A DNA stretch of 54,490 nucleotides. Origin: Gemmatimonadales bacterium (GTDB lineage: Bacteria > Gemmatimonadota > Gemmatimonadetes > Gemmatimonadales > GWC2-71-9). Location: positions 1-54,490 of the forward strand of contig JBBQFH010000020.1 of the NCBI GenBank assembly GCA_038321865.1. The letters run 5' to 3'. Within the stretch, counting starts at the first letter, position 1. Each line of letters opens with the position of its first letter. Below, one piece after another: positions 19,554 through 29,963 of the stretch. Position numbers and translations under genes: made by a program. The notes under the pieces are model-generated. The model ran no database searches and was not told where the DNA came from. It was given only the letters and a program-made list of their open reading frames with translations.

Positions 19554-20674
19554 CGGAGCACCTCGCGGTAGAGCTCCTCGTACATCGGCACGATGCGGTC
19601 GGCCGAGAATTCCCGGGCCTTGGCGATTGCGGCGTCGCGCATGGCCTGGTGCCGCGCCGCGTCGCGGAGCAATTCGGTCGCCCGGCGGCCCATCGCTTCG
19701 ACCGACCCCACGGGTTCCAGAATGCCGTTGATGCCGTCGTCGATCACCTCCGGCAGGCCGCCCGCTCGCGAGGCCACCACCGGCGCACCACATGCCATTG
19801 CCTCGAGCGCCGCAAGCCCGAACGACTCGGTCTGCGACGGCAGCAAAAACAGGTGGGTCGACTGCAGCAGGTTGGCCACCGTATCGAGCCGGCCGAGGAA
19901 CCGCACGTCATCGCTCACCGACAGCTCGCGCGCCTCCTGTTCCGCGTCGCTCCGGTCAGGGCCGTCACCGACCATCAGCAGCGTGGCAGGCATGGCGCGG
20001 CGCACGCGCGCAAACACCCGGATCACGTCCTTGACCCGCTTCACCTCGCGAAAGTTCGACACGTGCGTCAGCACCTTGTGCCCCTCGGGGGCGAGGCCTT
20101 CGCAGTGGGGATCGGCCGACGGCCGGTACTCGTTCAGGTTCACGAAATTCGGAATGGCGCGGATATCGCAGGTGCCACAGCCGAACGCCCGATGCGTTTC
20201 ATCCTTCAGAAACTCCGACACCGCCGTGACGGCATCGGACCGCTCGATGGAGAACTTGGTGATGGCGTAGAAGCCGGCCTCCTGCCCGACCAGCGTGATG
20301 TCGGTGCCGTGCAGCGTGGTGATCACCTTCAGCGGCAGCTCGCCGTCGAGCATCTCGCGGGCCAGATACGCGGTGGTCGCATGCGGGACGGCGTAGTGGA
20401 CGTGGAGGACATCCAGCTTCTCCCGGAGCGCCACTTCATGCTGCTTGGACGCGAGAGCGAGCGTATAGGGAAAATGATCGAAGAGCGGGTAGCGCCCCAT
20501 CCGCGTGTCGACTTCGTGGAAATAGACCCCTTCCGCATACCCGCGAAGCCGGAATGGCGAGGCGTACGTGATGAAGTGGACCTCGTGGCCGCGGCGCGCG
20601 AGGTCCAGCCCGAGCTCGGTGGCCACGGCCCCGGATCCGCCGTAGGTCGGGTAGCAGGTGATGCCGATCTTCAT
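19550..20674 (-). CDS. bshA: N-acetyl-alpha-D-glucosaminyl L-malate synthase
   Basis: MKIGITCYPTYGGSG.VATELG, HVHYAVPH, TTLHGTDITLVG, SNFR.VKR and ESFGLAALEAM. Confidence 0.92.
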   Translation of the reverse strand: MKIGITCYPTYGGSGAVATELGLDLARRGHEVHFITYASPFRLRGYAEGVYFHEVDTRMGRYPLFDHFPYTLALASKQHEVALREKLDVLHVHYAVPHATTAYLAREMLDGELPLKVITTLHGTDITLVGQEAGFYAITKFSIERSDAVTAVSEFLKDETHRAFGCGTCDIRAIPNFVNLNEYRPSADPHCEGLAPEGHKVLTHVSNFREVKRVKDVIRVFARVRRAMPATLLMVGDGPDRSDAEQEARELSVSDDVRFLGRLDTVANLLQSTHLFLLPSQTESFGLAALEAMACGAPVVASRAGGLPEVIDDGINGILEPVGSVEAMGRRATELLRDAARHQAMRDAAIAKAREFSADRIVPMYEELYREVLR

Positions 20675-21588
20675 CCGGTCCCCCATGCCTGTGCGATCTC
20701 GGCCGCCAGCGCGTCCGGCGGGCGCGTGGCATCGAGCGTGAGTCGTTCGCCGGCCAGCTGATGCCGGAACCAGGTCTCCTGCCGCTTGGCATACTGTCGC
20801 GTGCTGACCGCGATCGCATCGGCGACGCTTTCCCGTGACCGGGCTCCGTGCAGGTACTCGACGGCCTCCCGGATGCCGACGCCGTCCAGGCCGGGAGCGT
20901 GGGCCGCGTGCCCCTCCGACAGTACAGCCGCGGTCTCCTCGATGAGTCCGCGGCGGACCATCTCCTCTGCACGGCGCTGGATGCGGGCCTGCAGCACCGG
21001 CCGGGGTGCCGTGAGAACAATGTACCACGGGTCGAGCACGCTCCCCGCCCGCGCGCTCGCCTGCCAGGCAGAGAGGGGTCGGCCGGTCAGCAGAGCGATC
21101 TCGATCGTCCGCGACGCGCGCTGCCTGCCCCCGCCGCGAAAGCCAGGGTCGAGCCGGCCGGCCCAGCGCACCAACTCGCTGGGGTCGAGGCGCGAGGTGA
21201 AGGCATCGAGCGACCTCCGGCGGCCGGCGTCGATCGACGGCTCGGCGAACAGCCCTTCCGCGAGCGCCCGCACGTAGAGCCCGGTGCCTCCCACGACGAC
21301 CGGCAGGCGCCCGCGCCCGCGGATCTCCTCCAGCCACCCGCGCGCGTCTCGCGCGAATCGTCCCGCACTGTAGCGGGTGCCGGGCTCGATGAGGTCAACG
21401 CCATGGTGCGGCACCCGGGCGCGCTCTCGTGCTGTCGGCTTGGCCGTACCGATGTCCAGGCGTCGGTACACCTGTCGGGAGTCGGCTGAAATCACCTCGA
21501 TCGGCCAGAACGCGGCCAGGGCGAGCGCGACCGCGGTCTTGCCGATTCCGGTCGCGCCGACGAGGACCGGTGTCCTAACGCCGCCCAA
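20671..21588 (-). CDS. miaA: tRNA dimethylallyltransferase
   Basis: GATGIGKT, ISADSRQVY..LDIGTAKP, GGTGLY and TRQYAKRQETW. Confidence 0.95.
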   Translation of the reverse strand: MGGVRTPVLVGATGIGKTAVALALAAFWPIEVISADSRQVYRRLDIGTAKPTARERARVPHHGVDLIEPGTRYSAGRFARDARGWLEEIRGRGRLPVVVGGTGLYVRALAEGLFAEPSIDAGRRRSLDAFTSRLDPSELVRWAGRLDPGFRGGGRQRASRTIEIALLTGRPLSAWQASARAGSVLDPWYIVLTAPRPVLQARIQRRAEEMVRRGLIEETAAVLSEGHAAHAPGLDGVGIREAVEYLHGARSRESVADAIAVSTRQYAKRQETWFRHQLAGERLTLDATRPPDALAAEIAQAWGTG

Positions 21589-23281
21589 AGCGGCGCTCCA
21601 TCTCCTCGCGCGGGAGCTGCACGATCGTAGACCGGCCGTGCACGTCGTGCGGCGGGAGGTCGGTCGCGAAAAGCTGCAGCAGCAACTCGCGCATCTCCGA
21701 TTCGGCCAGCGGTTCCCCTGCCTTCACGGCAGCTCGGCAGGCATACGTGGCGGCAAACCGTTCCAGCCGATTGGACCATCCGCCAAACCTGCCGCGCGCG
21801 AGGTCCGCGACCATTTCCCGGAAGCAGGCGCCGGCATCGAAGCGCGGATGGGGCGACGGAACGGTGTGCAGGACGACGGTGCGTCCGCCGAATGACTCCA
21901 CGTCGAATCCGACGCGCGTCAGGACATCGCGATGCGCCTCGACCGCGTCGAGCTCCTCATCCGTCAACTCGAGCGTGAGCGGCAGCAGCATTCGCTGGCC
22001 GACCGCTGCCGATTCTTCCAGCTGCCCCATGGCGCGCTCGAAGAGCACCCGCTCGTGCGCCGAATGCTGATCGACGATCACCATCCCCTCAGGCGCTTCG
22101 TAGACGATGTACGTGTTGAAAACCTGCAGCAGCGGAACCCGGAAGGCGACCGCGGAGCGCGCGCGATCGCCCGGCGCCGCACCCTCTCCGTCGTCGCCGA
22201 AATCGAACGCGGCGCCCTCGGCTGCCCATGGGGCGGCAAACAGGGACGGGGATGCGGGCATCGGACGCCAATCCCCCACCGGGGCCGCCGCGGCCAGTGC
22301 GCCGATCGCGTCGCGCACGGCCTCCTCCACCGCGCGCTCGGCCGCGAGGCGCTCACGGAAACGAACTTCCAGCTTGGCTGGATGCACGTTCACGTCAACT
22401 TCGGCCGGATCGACGCCAAGGTTCAGATAGAGGGTGGGACGATCGCCCGGGTGGATGGCCGCGCGATAGCCGGCCTCGGCGGCACGGACCAGGAACGGAT
22501 CCTTGAACGGCCGGCCGTTGACGAAGAGCTGTGTGCGGCGGCCGGTGGGCCGCGCATCGCCGGGGCGCTGGACGAATCCTGCCACCTGGAATGCACCGGC
22601 CGCATATCGCACCGGCACGAGCGTGCCCGCGAGGTCACGCCCCCACACACCCGCCAGCCGCTCGGCTGCATCCTGGGCCGGCGGCACCTGGAGCCGCATG
22701 GCGGCATCGACCTCGAGCTCGAAGCCGGCTTCAGGATGCGCCAGCGCGAGGGTCGCGACGGTCTCCTGGATGGCGCGGGTTTCACTGGAGGCCGACCGCA
22801 GAAACTTGCGCCGAGCCGGGGTGTTGAAGAACAGCGCACGCACGCTCACCGTCGTACCACGCTGCCGGGCGGCCGGACCCACGCGATCGACTCGGCCACC
22901 GGCGATGGAGATTTCGGTGCCGTCGCCCCCCTCATCGCAGGTGACCATCGAGAATCGAGAGACCGACGCGATGGCCGGCAGCGCCTCCCCTCGGAAGCCG
23001 AAGGTGGTGATGCCCACCAGGTCGGCCGCCAGCCGGATCTTGCTGGTGGCGTGGCGATCGACCGCGAGCACGGCATCCTCCCGCCCCATTCCCGAACCAT
23101 CATCGCTGACATCGATGCGGGTCTTGCCGCCGTTTTCGACCGCGATGCGGACGTGAGCGGCCCCCGCGTCGAGGGCGTTCTCGACCAGCTCCTTCACGAC
23201 GGAGGCGGGCCGCTCGACCACCTCGCCGGCGGCGATCTGATCGGCGACGGCGTCGGGAAGGATCGCAATGCGGCGGCTCAT
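21575..23281 (-). CDS. mutL: DNA mismatch repair endonuclease MutL
   Basis: [53 protein letters not shown] clamp motif and ACRAAVK. Confidence 0.96.
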   Translation of the reverse strand: MSRRIAILPDAVADQIAAGEVVERPASVVKELVENALDAGAAHVRIAVENGGKTRIDVSDDGSGMGREDAVLAVDRHATSKIRLAADLVGITTFGFRGEALPAIASVSRFSMVTCDEGGDGTEISIAGGRVDRVGPAARQRGTTVSVRALFFNTPARRKFLRSASSETRAIQETVATLALAHPEAGFELEVDAAMRLQVPPAQDAAERLAGVWGRDLAGTLVPVRYAAGAFQVAGFVQRPGDARPTGRRTQLFVNGRPFKDPFLVRAAEAGYRAAIHPGDRPTLYLNLGVDPAEVDVNVHPAKLEVRFRERLAAERAVEEAVRDAIGALAAAAPVGDWRPMPASPSLFAAPWAAEGAAFDFGDDGEGAAPGDRARSAVAFRVPLLQVFNTYIVYEAPEGMVIVDQHSAHERVLFERAMGQLEESAAVGQRMLLPLTLELTDEELDAVEAHRDVLTRVGFDVESFGGRTVVLHTVPSPHPRFDAGACFREMVADLARGRFGGWSNRLERFAATYACRAAVKAGEPLAESEMRELLLQLFATDLPPHDVHGRSTIVQLPREEMERRFGRR

Positions 23282-23293
23282 GGGTCTCGAAAT

Positions 23294-25621
23294 CTACTCG
23301 CTGATGACCGCCAGCGCCCCGGCCGGTACCCAGCCTTCGCGCCCATCCGGCCCCAGTACCAGCCACCATCCGCGATCACTGCGGAGCGGGCGCACCGCCG
23401 CCGCCGCGGCCAGGGGGCCGACCTCGGGCGCGCGACCGTGCGGAGAGAGACGAAGCGGACTGCTGACCGTCATGACGGCGAGCGGCCGGGCATACCAGTC
23501 CCGCAGCGCGAAGGCGGCGCCGCCAAGCACGAGCGCCGCGCCGAGGGAGGCGATCACGCGTGCGCGCAGCGCGCGGCGACGAGCCAGAAATGCGCAGCCA
23601 ATGACCCAGCAGCCGGCCGCAGCCAGCGCGAGTTCCTCCGGGGTAACGGGCGCGGTCCATTCGCGCCGTTCGGACTCGTCGTCAGCCGCCGGAACCAGCT
23701 CCAGGGCGCGGCGAACCGAGCGTGACCGAGGTGCCAGCCGAACGGCCCGGAGCCAGGCAGCGGTGGCCCGAGCGTCCGCACCACGCCGGTATTCCGCTGC
23801 ACCGAGATCGTACCAATGCGCCACTACCGTGGGCTCAGCTCGGGCCCGGCGAGCGAAACCGTCCGCCGCCGCACGGAGCGACCCGGCGGAATACAGCTGT
23901 TCCGGGTTGGTCTGCGCCCGAAGCGGGAGCGCCATCGCCACGAGCAGCGCGACGATGGCGACCGCCCGTCGGGGACCACGAAGCGACGTCGCGCCGAGCG
24001 CGGCCGTCAGCTCGTCGAGCTCGCGCACGACGGCGCCGACGCCGGGATCGCCGGTCTGGCCCGGACCGTACCGTGCCGCGAAATACGCCTCGCGCGCCCG
24101 CGCCACCCGCGCAGCGACCGCCGGGTCGATGCCGGCGGCTCGCAGTGCCGCGGTGAGCGCCGCACCCGAATAGCGGTCCACATCGGGAACCAGGGCGCGG
24201 AGTGCTGCCTGGAGGCGGCGGTCGGCACCCGCGGGATCAGCGGGCCGCACCGTCCCGAGCGGGTGACGACGGCGCTGCGCCGCCAGCGCCGATGCGAGCA
24301 CGGCAAGCGCGGGCAGCACGGCGGCGAGCGCCCACGCCCAAACCGGAACCGCATCAACGACGCGCCGCGCGAGCGGTGGGCTTCCGGGCAGGAGCAGCGG
24401 CGGCGGCAGCGCGCGGGCCGTCAGCCCTTCCGCACCGGGTGCGACCGGAATCGTCGCGCGGGGCGCCGAGGCCGTGCGGTAGCTGCGCGTGTCGAGATCG
24501 AAATACGGATACGACAGCGCCGGAAGTGCGATCACCCCGGTGCTGTCCGGCACGACGAGATTCCGAAACGTTTTCGATCCGCCGAGGATCCCGTCGAGCG
24601 TTTCCAGGTGGTCGTCCACCTTGTCGGTGTAGGCACGAAGGCCGGCGGGCCAGCCGAACGCCGGCGCCGGCCACAGGGCGACGTTGCCGCTCCCGGTCAC
24701 GCTCACGTCCACGGCAAGGCCCTCACCGGCCCGGGCGGCCGCCGGGCGGATGGTGCGACCGATGCTGAGCGATCGGCCGACCGCACCGGCAAATCCGGCC
24801 GGCCGGCCGGCCGTCGGCAGTGGCACGACCGTCAGCGCGATCGGCTTGCTTTCGAGACTGAAGTGGTCTTCCTGGCTGAAGAACTGCATGGCGACCGGCA
24901 CGCTGTACCGAAGCGACGCCGCCGAGATCCGAAGCTGTCCAGGAACAAGGGGGAAGATCACCTGGTGCATGACGAAGAGGTCGTACCACGTTCCGGCGAC
25001 GCGCCGGCTGGCGGCGATACCGGGCGGCACCGGCTGCGGATAGCTCCAGACGCCGTCGGCGGTGGGAGGCTGCAGGGTCGGTGGCCGGCGGAGCTGTGAC
25101 CGCAGGTCGCGCGGGAACCAGGCGGCGGTGACGACGTCCACCTGCTCCCCGACGAACACGCTGTCGGCCGATGTGAGCACGGCGACCGCGGCCTTGCCCG
25201 GACGGCTGGGCGGCGGCGCCCGCTGGAGGACGCGACGAACGCGCGGGCTGAGGCTGGTAGCGGTGGAAGTCCCCGGCGTCCCGGATACCACAACCTTGAG
25301 CTCGCCCGTCTGCAGTATCTGCTGGCCCTGACGGGCCCGCACCGGTCCGAGTGACCACGTGCCCGGGCGGAGGGCGCGGAGCTGGACCTCGAGCGTCGTC
25401 GTGCGCTGCGGCCCGCTGACGGTGGAGACCTCCGTCTGTTCGGAACGACCCACGATCTCGAAGCCGTTCATCGGCGCGAGCGTGACCTGCAGCGGCTCCA
25501 CCGAGTGGCTGACGGCGCGGACGGTGAGGACGATCTCGTCGCCGACCGACACGCGATCGCGATCGACCGTCGCCGACAGCGACGGTCCCTGCCACAGCAG
25601 CAGCGCGACGAGCAGGCTCAC
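23294..25621 (-). CDS. BatD-like protein with C-terminal TPR/SH3 (BatE-like) region
   Basis: SATVDRDRVSVG, F.GAVG, GNV, TM segments, YDLGAA.Y..G TPR and GREGWVP; follows the VWA genes. Confidence 0.8.
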   Translation of the reverse strand: MSLLVALLLWQGPSLSATVDRDRVSVGDEIVLTVRAVSHSVEPLQVTLAPMNGFEIVGRSEQTEVSTVSGPQRTTTLEVQLRALRPGTWSLGPVRARQGQQILQTGELKVVVSGTPGTSTATSLSPRVRRVLQRAPPPSRPGKAAVAVLTSADSVFVGEQVDVVTAAWFPRDLRSQLRRPPTLQPPTADGVWSYPQPVPPGIAASRRVAGTWYDLFVMHQVIFPLVPGQLRISAASLRYSVPVAMQFFSQEDHFSLESKPIALTVVPLPTAGRPAGFAGAVGRSLSIGRTIRPAAARAGEGLAVDVSVTGSGNVALWPAPAFGWPAGLRAYTDKVDDHLETLDGILGGSKTFRNLVVPDSTGVIALPALSYPYFDLDTRSYRTASAPRATIPVAPGAEGLTARALPPPLLLPGSPPLARRVVDAVPVWAWALAAVLPALAVLASALAAQRRRHPLGTVRPADPAGADRRLQAALRALVPDVDRYSGAALTAALRAAGIDPAVAARVARAREAYFAARYGPGQTGDPGVGAVVRELDELTAALGATSLRGPRRAVAIVALLVAMALPLRAQTNPEQLYSAGSLRAAADGFARRARAEPTVVAHWYDLGAAEYRRGADARATAAWLRAVRLAPRSRSVRRALELVPAADDESERREWTAPVTPEELALAAAGCWVIGCAFLARRRALRARVIASLGAALVLGGAAFALRDWYARPLAVMTVSSPLRLSPHGRAPEVGPLAAAAAVRPLRSDRGWWLVLGPDGREGWVPAGALAVISE

Positions 25622-27249
25622 CAGTCCTTGTCTCCGCCGGTCGCGTTCGACTGCATCCGGTGCTGCTGGTCGGCCCGCGTACTCTGCTCCTGCCGGTCCA
25701 TCGAGTTGAGAATCTGCTCAGCCTGGCTGCGGGACAACCCACCCGCCGGTTTCTCGGCCGCGCTGGGCGGCGGCGGACCACCACCGCCTCCACCGCCGCC
25801 TCCCCCGCCACCGCCACCACTCTTGGGCGGCGGCGGCGGGCGGCGGCGCTCGGCGAGCTCGAGATTCCATTTTGCGCGCTCCGACGCCGGCTGCAGCATG
25901 AGGGCTTCGCGCAGGCGATCGCTCGCTTCCCCGAGCAGCTCATCGCGGTGGGCCGAATCGGCGCGGGCACCGAGCAGCGCGGTCAGGCCCAGGTTGTAGA
26001 GCGCACGGTAGCGCAGGCCCGGATCGAGCGACTTTGCAGCTTCTGTCAGCGCGCCCTTCGCGACGTCGAGCCGGCCCCCCTGCAGTGCCGCCGTGCCGGC
26101 GTTGTAGAAGGCGGTGTCGCGTGCCGTGCCGCTGCGCGCCTCGGCGAGGAACGCGGCGGCGGCCTGGGTCGGTTCACCGCTTGCCATGGCGCGTTCGCCC
26201 GGTGTGGGGCGCTGGGCGCTCGATGCGCGGGGCAGCAGGAGCAGGCCGGCCAGCGCCACCAGCGCGGTGCCGCGGCGGGTGACGGTGTACAGCAGCAGCA
26301 CGAGTGCCGCGGCCAGGAGTGGAATCCAGGCGCGGGGGACCAGGTCGGTGGTGCGTGTCTCGGCGCTGGGGCTCCGCTTGAAGGTGGCCAGCAGGTCGCG
26401 AACGGCGCCGGCCTGATCGAGAATGTCAGCGCCGACCAGCGTGCCGTCGCCGGCATTGGCGATCTGCGTCAGGATATCGTCGCGACGACGCGTTTCCACC
26501 ACGGAGCCGGCTTCATCGCGCTTGTACTCGATGAGCGCGCCGAGCGAGTCCCGGATCGGGATCCGCGCGGGCTGGTCGGAGCCTTCAGCCACCAGCACCA
26601 GTCGGACGCCGGCCGCTTTCACCGCCTTCGCAGCCGCCAGCGTTTCGGTCAGTGTGTCATGCGTTTCGCCGTCGGTGAAGATGACCAGCACGCGGTCCGA
26701 TACCTCCCCGGTGCCACGAAGCAGTTCGGTGCCCTGCGTGAGCACGCTCGCGAGGCTGGTGCCGCCTTCGCTCGCGAGGTCGGGATCGAGCGCATCGAGA
26801 TTGAGCCGGATGGCGCCGCCGTCAACGGTGAGCGGAGCCAGGATGTAGCTTCGGCCAGCGAACGCGATCAGGCCGGCGCGGTCGTCCGGCGAGTCCTCGA
26901 GGAGGCGGCTCGCTTCCCGGACCGCGCGCCGCAGGCGGCTCGGCTTCACGTCTTCGGCCAGCATCGAACGGCTGATGTCGACGGCCATCACGATGCTGAG
27001 CGCATGCGAACGCGTGGTGACGGACGCCCGGCCGCCGCGCGGGCCGGCGAGCGCCACGGTGGCGATGAGCCCCATCGCGCCGAATACCACCGGCGCCCAC
27101 CGCCCCCGGGCCCTGGCGGCCCGCTCGAGCCCCGCCGACCAGGCGCGCGCGAGCCGAATCCGCCGCCGGCGTGCCAGCAACACGAGGCCGGCCACCAGCA
27201 GGGCCACGATGGGCGCGAAAACCAGGAGCAGCGGGGCGTCGAAGATCAC
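25618..27249 (-). CDS. VWA + TPR protein (BatB/BatC-like fusion)
   Basis: MIDAS DISRSMLAED, PLT.D and FTDGE; then YNAG and YNLG TPRs, a Gly/Pro linker and a QAEQIL...KDW end. Confidence 0.85.
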   Translation of the reverse strand: MIFDAPLLLVFAPIVALLVAGLVLLARRRRIRLARAWSAGLERAARARGRWAPVVFGAMGLIATVALAGPRGGRASVTTRSHALSIVMAVDISRSMLAEDVKPSRLRRAVREASRLLEDSPDDRAGLIAFAGRSYILAPLTVDGGAIRLNLDALDPDLASEGGTSLASVLTQGTELLRGTGEVSDRVLVIFTDGETHDTLTETLAAAKAVKAAGVRLVLVAEGSDQPARIPIRDSLGALIEYKRDEAGSVVETRRRDDILTQIANAGDGTLVGADILDQAGAVRDLLATFKRSPSAETRTTDLVPRAWIPLLAAALVLLLYTVTRRGTALVALAGLLLLPRASSAQRPTPGERAMASGEPTQAAAAFLAEARSGTARDTAFYNAGTAALQGGRLDVAKGALTEAAKSLDPGLRYRALYNLGLTALLGARADSAHRDELLGEASDRLREALMLQPASERAKWNLELAERRRPPPPPKSGGGGGGGGGGGGGGPPPPSAAEKPAGGLSRSQAEQILNSMDRQEQSTRADQQHRMQSNATGGDKDW

Positions 27250-28217
27250 GGCACACGGACCACGAGTGTCGCGCTCAACAGCAGCTCGAGGGCCAGTGCA
27301 ACCAGGCCGACGAGAATGAGCGGACGGGTTTCTTCGTCGTACCGGGCGTAGCGCGTGATCTGGATCGGCGTCTTCTCCAGTTGATCGATCTGGCTGAAAA
27401 TGCGGCTCAGCGCTTCGCTGTCCGTCGCCCGGAAATAGCGCCCGCCCGTCTCCTGCGCGATCTCTCGCAGGAGCGGCTCATCGATGCGTACCGGCAGCAT
27501 TTCATAGCGAAAGCCGCCCACGCCGCGCCCGGTCGGGATGGGCGCCTCGCCGATGGTTCCGACGCCGATCGTGTAGACTTTCACACCGTATGCTGCCGCG
27601 GTCGCCGCGGCAGTGCGCGGATCAATCAATCCCTTGTTGTTCTCGCCGTCCGTGAGCAGCAGCACGACCTTGGACCGGTTCGGCGTCCGCCGCAGCCGGT
27701 TGACTGCGGTCGCCAAGCCACTGCCGATCGCGGTGCCGTCCTCCAGACTCCCGATCTTGATGTCCATGACGGCCTGTTCGACCACCGCATAGTCCAGCGT
27801 CACGGGAACCTGGGTGAGCGCCTCGCCGGCGAAGGCCACCAGCCCGATCCGGTCGGCTTTCCGGCCGCGAATGAATCCCACCGCATCGCGCTTGGCGACC
27901 TCCAGCCGGTTGGAAGGAGCAAAGTCCTCCGCCAGCATGCTGCTGGATATGTCGATGGCGATCACGATCGCGATCCCTTCCTGCTTCATCTCTACGGTGT
28001 CGCCGCCCAGGCGCGGGCCGGCGGCCCCCACGATCCAGGCGGCCAGGGCCAGGCCGCGAAACGCCGTCGGCAGCCGGGTCCACCACGGCGTCACGGCGAC
28101 CGCCGCGGGCAGGCTGACATCGCTGTAGGGCACGGCATCCCCGCCCTTCCGCCGGCGCCACCACCACAGGACGAGGCCCAGCAGCAGCAGCAGCAGCCAT
28201 GGGCGGGCGAACGTCAT
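27246..28217 (-). CDS. batA: VWA domain protein BatA
   Basis: MTFARPW, DISSSMLAEDF.P.NRL, PVTLDY, GTAIG.GL..AVNRL, LLTDGENN and TGGRYFRA. Confidence 0.88.
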   Translation of the reverse strand: MTFARPWLLLLLLGLVLWWWRRRKGGDAVPYSDVSLPAAVAVTPWWTRLPTAFRGLALAAWIVGAAGPRLGGDTVEMKQEGIAIVIAIDISSSMLAEDFAPSNRLEVAKRDAVGFIRGRKADRIGLVAFAGEALTQVPVTLDYAVVEQAVMDIKIGSLEDGTAIGSGLATAVNRLRRTPNRSKVVLLLTDGENNKGLIDPRTAAATAAAYGVKVYTIGVGTIGEAPIPTGRGVGGFRYEMLPVRIDEPLLREIAQETGGRYFRATDSEALSRIFSQIDQLEKTPIQITRYARYDEETRPLILVGLVALALELLLSATLVVRVP

Positions 28218-29041
28218 GCCGTCACCACCGGCGCCTCGATGCGCGCTGCAAGCGCGATTGCCCGCTCGTACAGGGCGAGCACATCGGCAGGAGGCGCGAG
28301 GGCGAAGCGGGCGGAATCCAGCGACCCCAGGACATCCTCGATCTCGGCCAGCGGCCATCCCGGGCGGCCCTCGAGCGTCGAGACCAGCGTCGGCGTGTCC
28401 AGGCCTTCGTGAAGGTCGGGCACCCGTACCGCGATGGCGTGACGGACGCGTGCCGCGCCCGCGGCGAGCACGGTGCGTGCCTCGCCGGCCCCGGCCCAGC
28501 GCTCCAGAGGCGGTGATGACGCCTGCCGCGTGGCGACCTTCTCGGGATTGCGGCGCCCGCGCCGCCGCCACCACCAATGCAGTGGCGACAACAGCAGCGC
28601 GGCGAGCGCGGTGAGGATCAGCACCGGCATCCAGGTCACTGTGGTGCGATGGACCAGTCCGGCCCGCGGCTGCGGCCGGAGCGCGGTGTCCGCCGCCCCG
28701 GGTGGGAGGACGCTTGCAACGGTAATCGTCGTGTCGGACGCGGGCAGCGAGTCGATGCTTCCGTCGGCCGCGAGGAGGAGCGGCCCTGGCACGTGGAGGG
28801 TATGTGCCCCCGGGGTCCACGCAACGAGCGGATAGGCGATCTCAGCGCTGCCCGCGCCGGATATCACGCGCGCCGGCCCCAGCAGCTCGACGTCGCCGGT
28901 CATCTCCCATGCCGCCGCCCGGATGCCGTGCCGCGCCGGCAGCAGGAGCCGGCGCACGATCCAGATGGTGTCGCCGACCGTCGCGCGATGCGGCGCCTGC
29001 TGTGGCGCCTGCAGCGACAGCGCGAACAGCAGCGTGATCAT
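28214..29041 (-). CDS. Bat-operon membrane-anchored protein
   Basis: Signal peptide, TVGD, a TM followed by RRR and a DSARFA motif; occupies the usual slot between DUF58 and batA. Confidence 0.7.
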   Translation of the reverse strand: MITLLFALSLQAPQQAPHRATVGDTIWIVRRLLLPARHGIRAAAWEMTGDVELLGPARVISGAGSAEIAYPLVAWTPGAHTLHVPGPLLLAADGSIDSLPASDTTITVASVLPPGAADTALRPQPRAGLVHRTTVTWMPVLILTALAALLLSPLHWWWRRRGRRNPEKVATRQASSPPLERWAGAGEARTVLAAGAARVRHAIAVRVPDLHEGLDTPTLVSTLEGRPGWPLAEIEDVLGSLDSARFALAPPADVLALYERAIALAARIEAPVVTA

Positions 29042-29925
29042 CCGCGGCGGAGCCGGCGGGCGCGCAGGGCGAACGCCCGTCGGAGCGGTCGCGCGTAGTC
29101 GGCGTCGGTCCGGAGCAGGATCTGGTCGACGCCGGCCGCGCCGAGCAGCCGCGCGCGATCGGCGCGGCGTCGCTCCGCCAGGGCCCGCAGCCGCTCGCGC
29201 ACCTCCCGGTTCCCGGTGTCCACCAGCACGCGCGCCCCGGTCTCGGCGTCGGCGATTTCGACCCATCCCGACTCGGGAAGCTCGTTCTCGCGCGGATCCT
29301 CGATGACGATGCCCACGACTTCGTGGCGGGCGGCCAGCCGGCGGAGGGGCTTCTCCCATCCCTCCGCGAGGAAATCCGAGAGCACCACGACGACCGCGCG
29401 GTGCCGCAGGAGCCGGCTCGCATAGGACAGGCTCGCCGCGAGGTTGGTGCGGCGACCGCTCGGCGCGAATGCGACGAGATCCCGGATCACCCGCAGCGCG
29501 TGGCGGCGGCCCTTGGCCGGCGGAATGACGCGCTCGACCTCGTCGGCGAACAGCAGCGCCCCCACCCGATCGTTGTGGTGCGCCGCCGCCAGGGCGAGCA
29601 CCGCGCCGACCTCGATGGCGAGCGCCCCCTTCGTGACCGGATCGCCGAAGTGGGTGGACCCGGACTGGTCCACCACCAGCATGACCGTCAGCTCACGCTC
29701 CTCCGTAAAGGTCTTGACGTAGGGGCTGGCCAGGCGCGCCGAGACGTTCCAGTCGATCGCACGGAAGTCGTCGCCGGGCTCGTAGGCCCGCACTTCGGCG
29801 AACTCCATCCCCTGGCCGCGGAACACCGACCGGTATTCCCCGGCAAACAGCGACGTCACGAGCCCGCGCGTGCGGAGCTCGATCCCCTTCACCTGTCGGA
29901 GTACTTCGGCAGAAACGGTTGGCAT
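29038..29925 (-). CDS. DUF58 protein
   Basis: YRSVFRGQGMEFAEVR.Y.PGDD.R.IDWNVSAR, EEREL and SDF. Confidence 0.93.
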   Translation of the reverse strand: MPTVSAEVLRQVKGIELRTRGLVTSLFAGEYRSVFRGQGMEFAEVRAYEPGDDFRAIDWNVSARLASPYVKTFTEERELTVMLVVDQSGSTHFGDPVTKGALAIEVGAVLALAAAHHNDRVGALLFADEVERVIPPAKGRRHALRVIRDLVAFAPSGRRTNLAASLSYASRLLRHRAVVVVLSDFLAEGWEKPLRRLAARHEVVGIVIEDPRENELPESGWVEIADAETGARVLVDTGNREVRERLRALAERRRADRARLLGAAGVDQILLRTDADYARPLRRAFALRARRLRRG

Positions 29926-29963
29926 GGCTGGAAGCGGCGGGGGCTACGGGCGGCCCAGGCGCG

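Noticed and set aside
25765..25850. (CCG/CCA)n repeat
   Set aside because: It encodes the Gly/Pro linker of the BatB/C-like protein and is not a CRISPR or mobile repeat.
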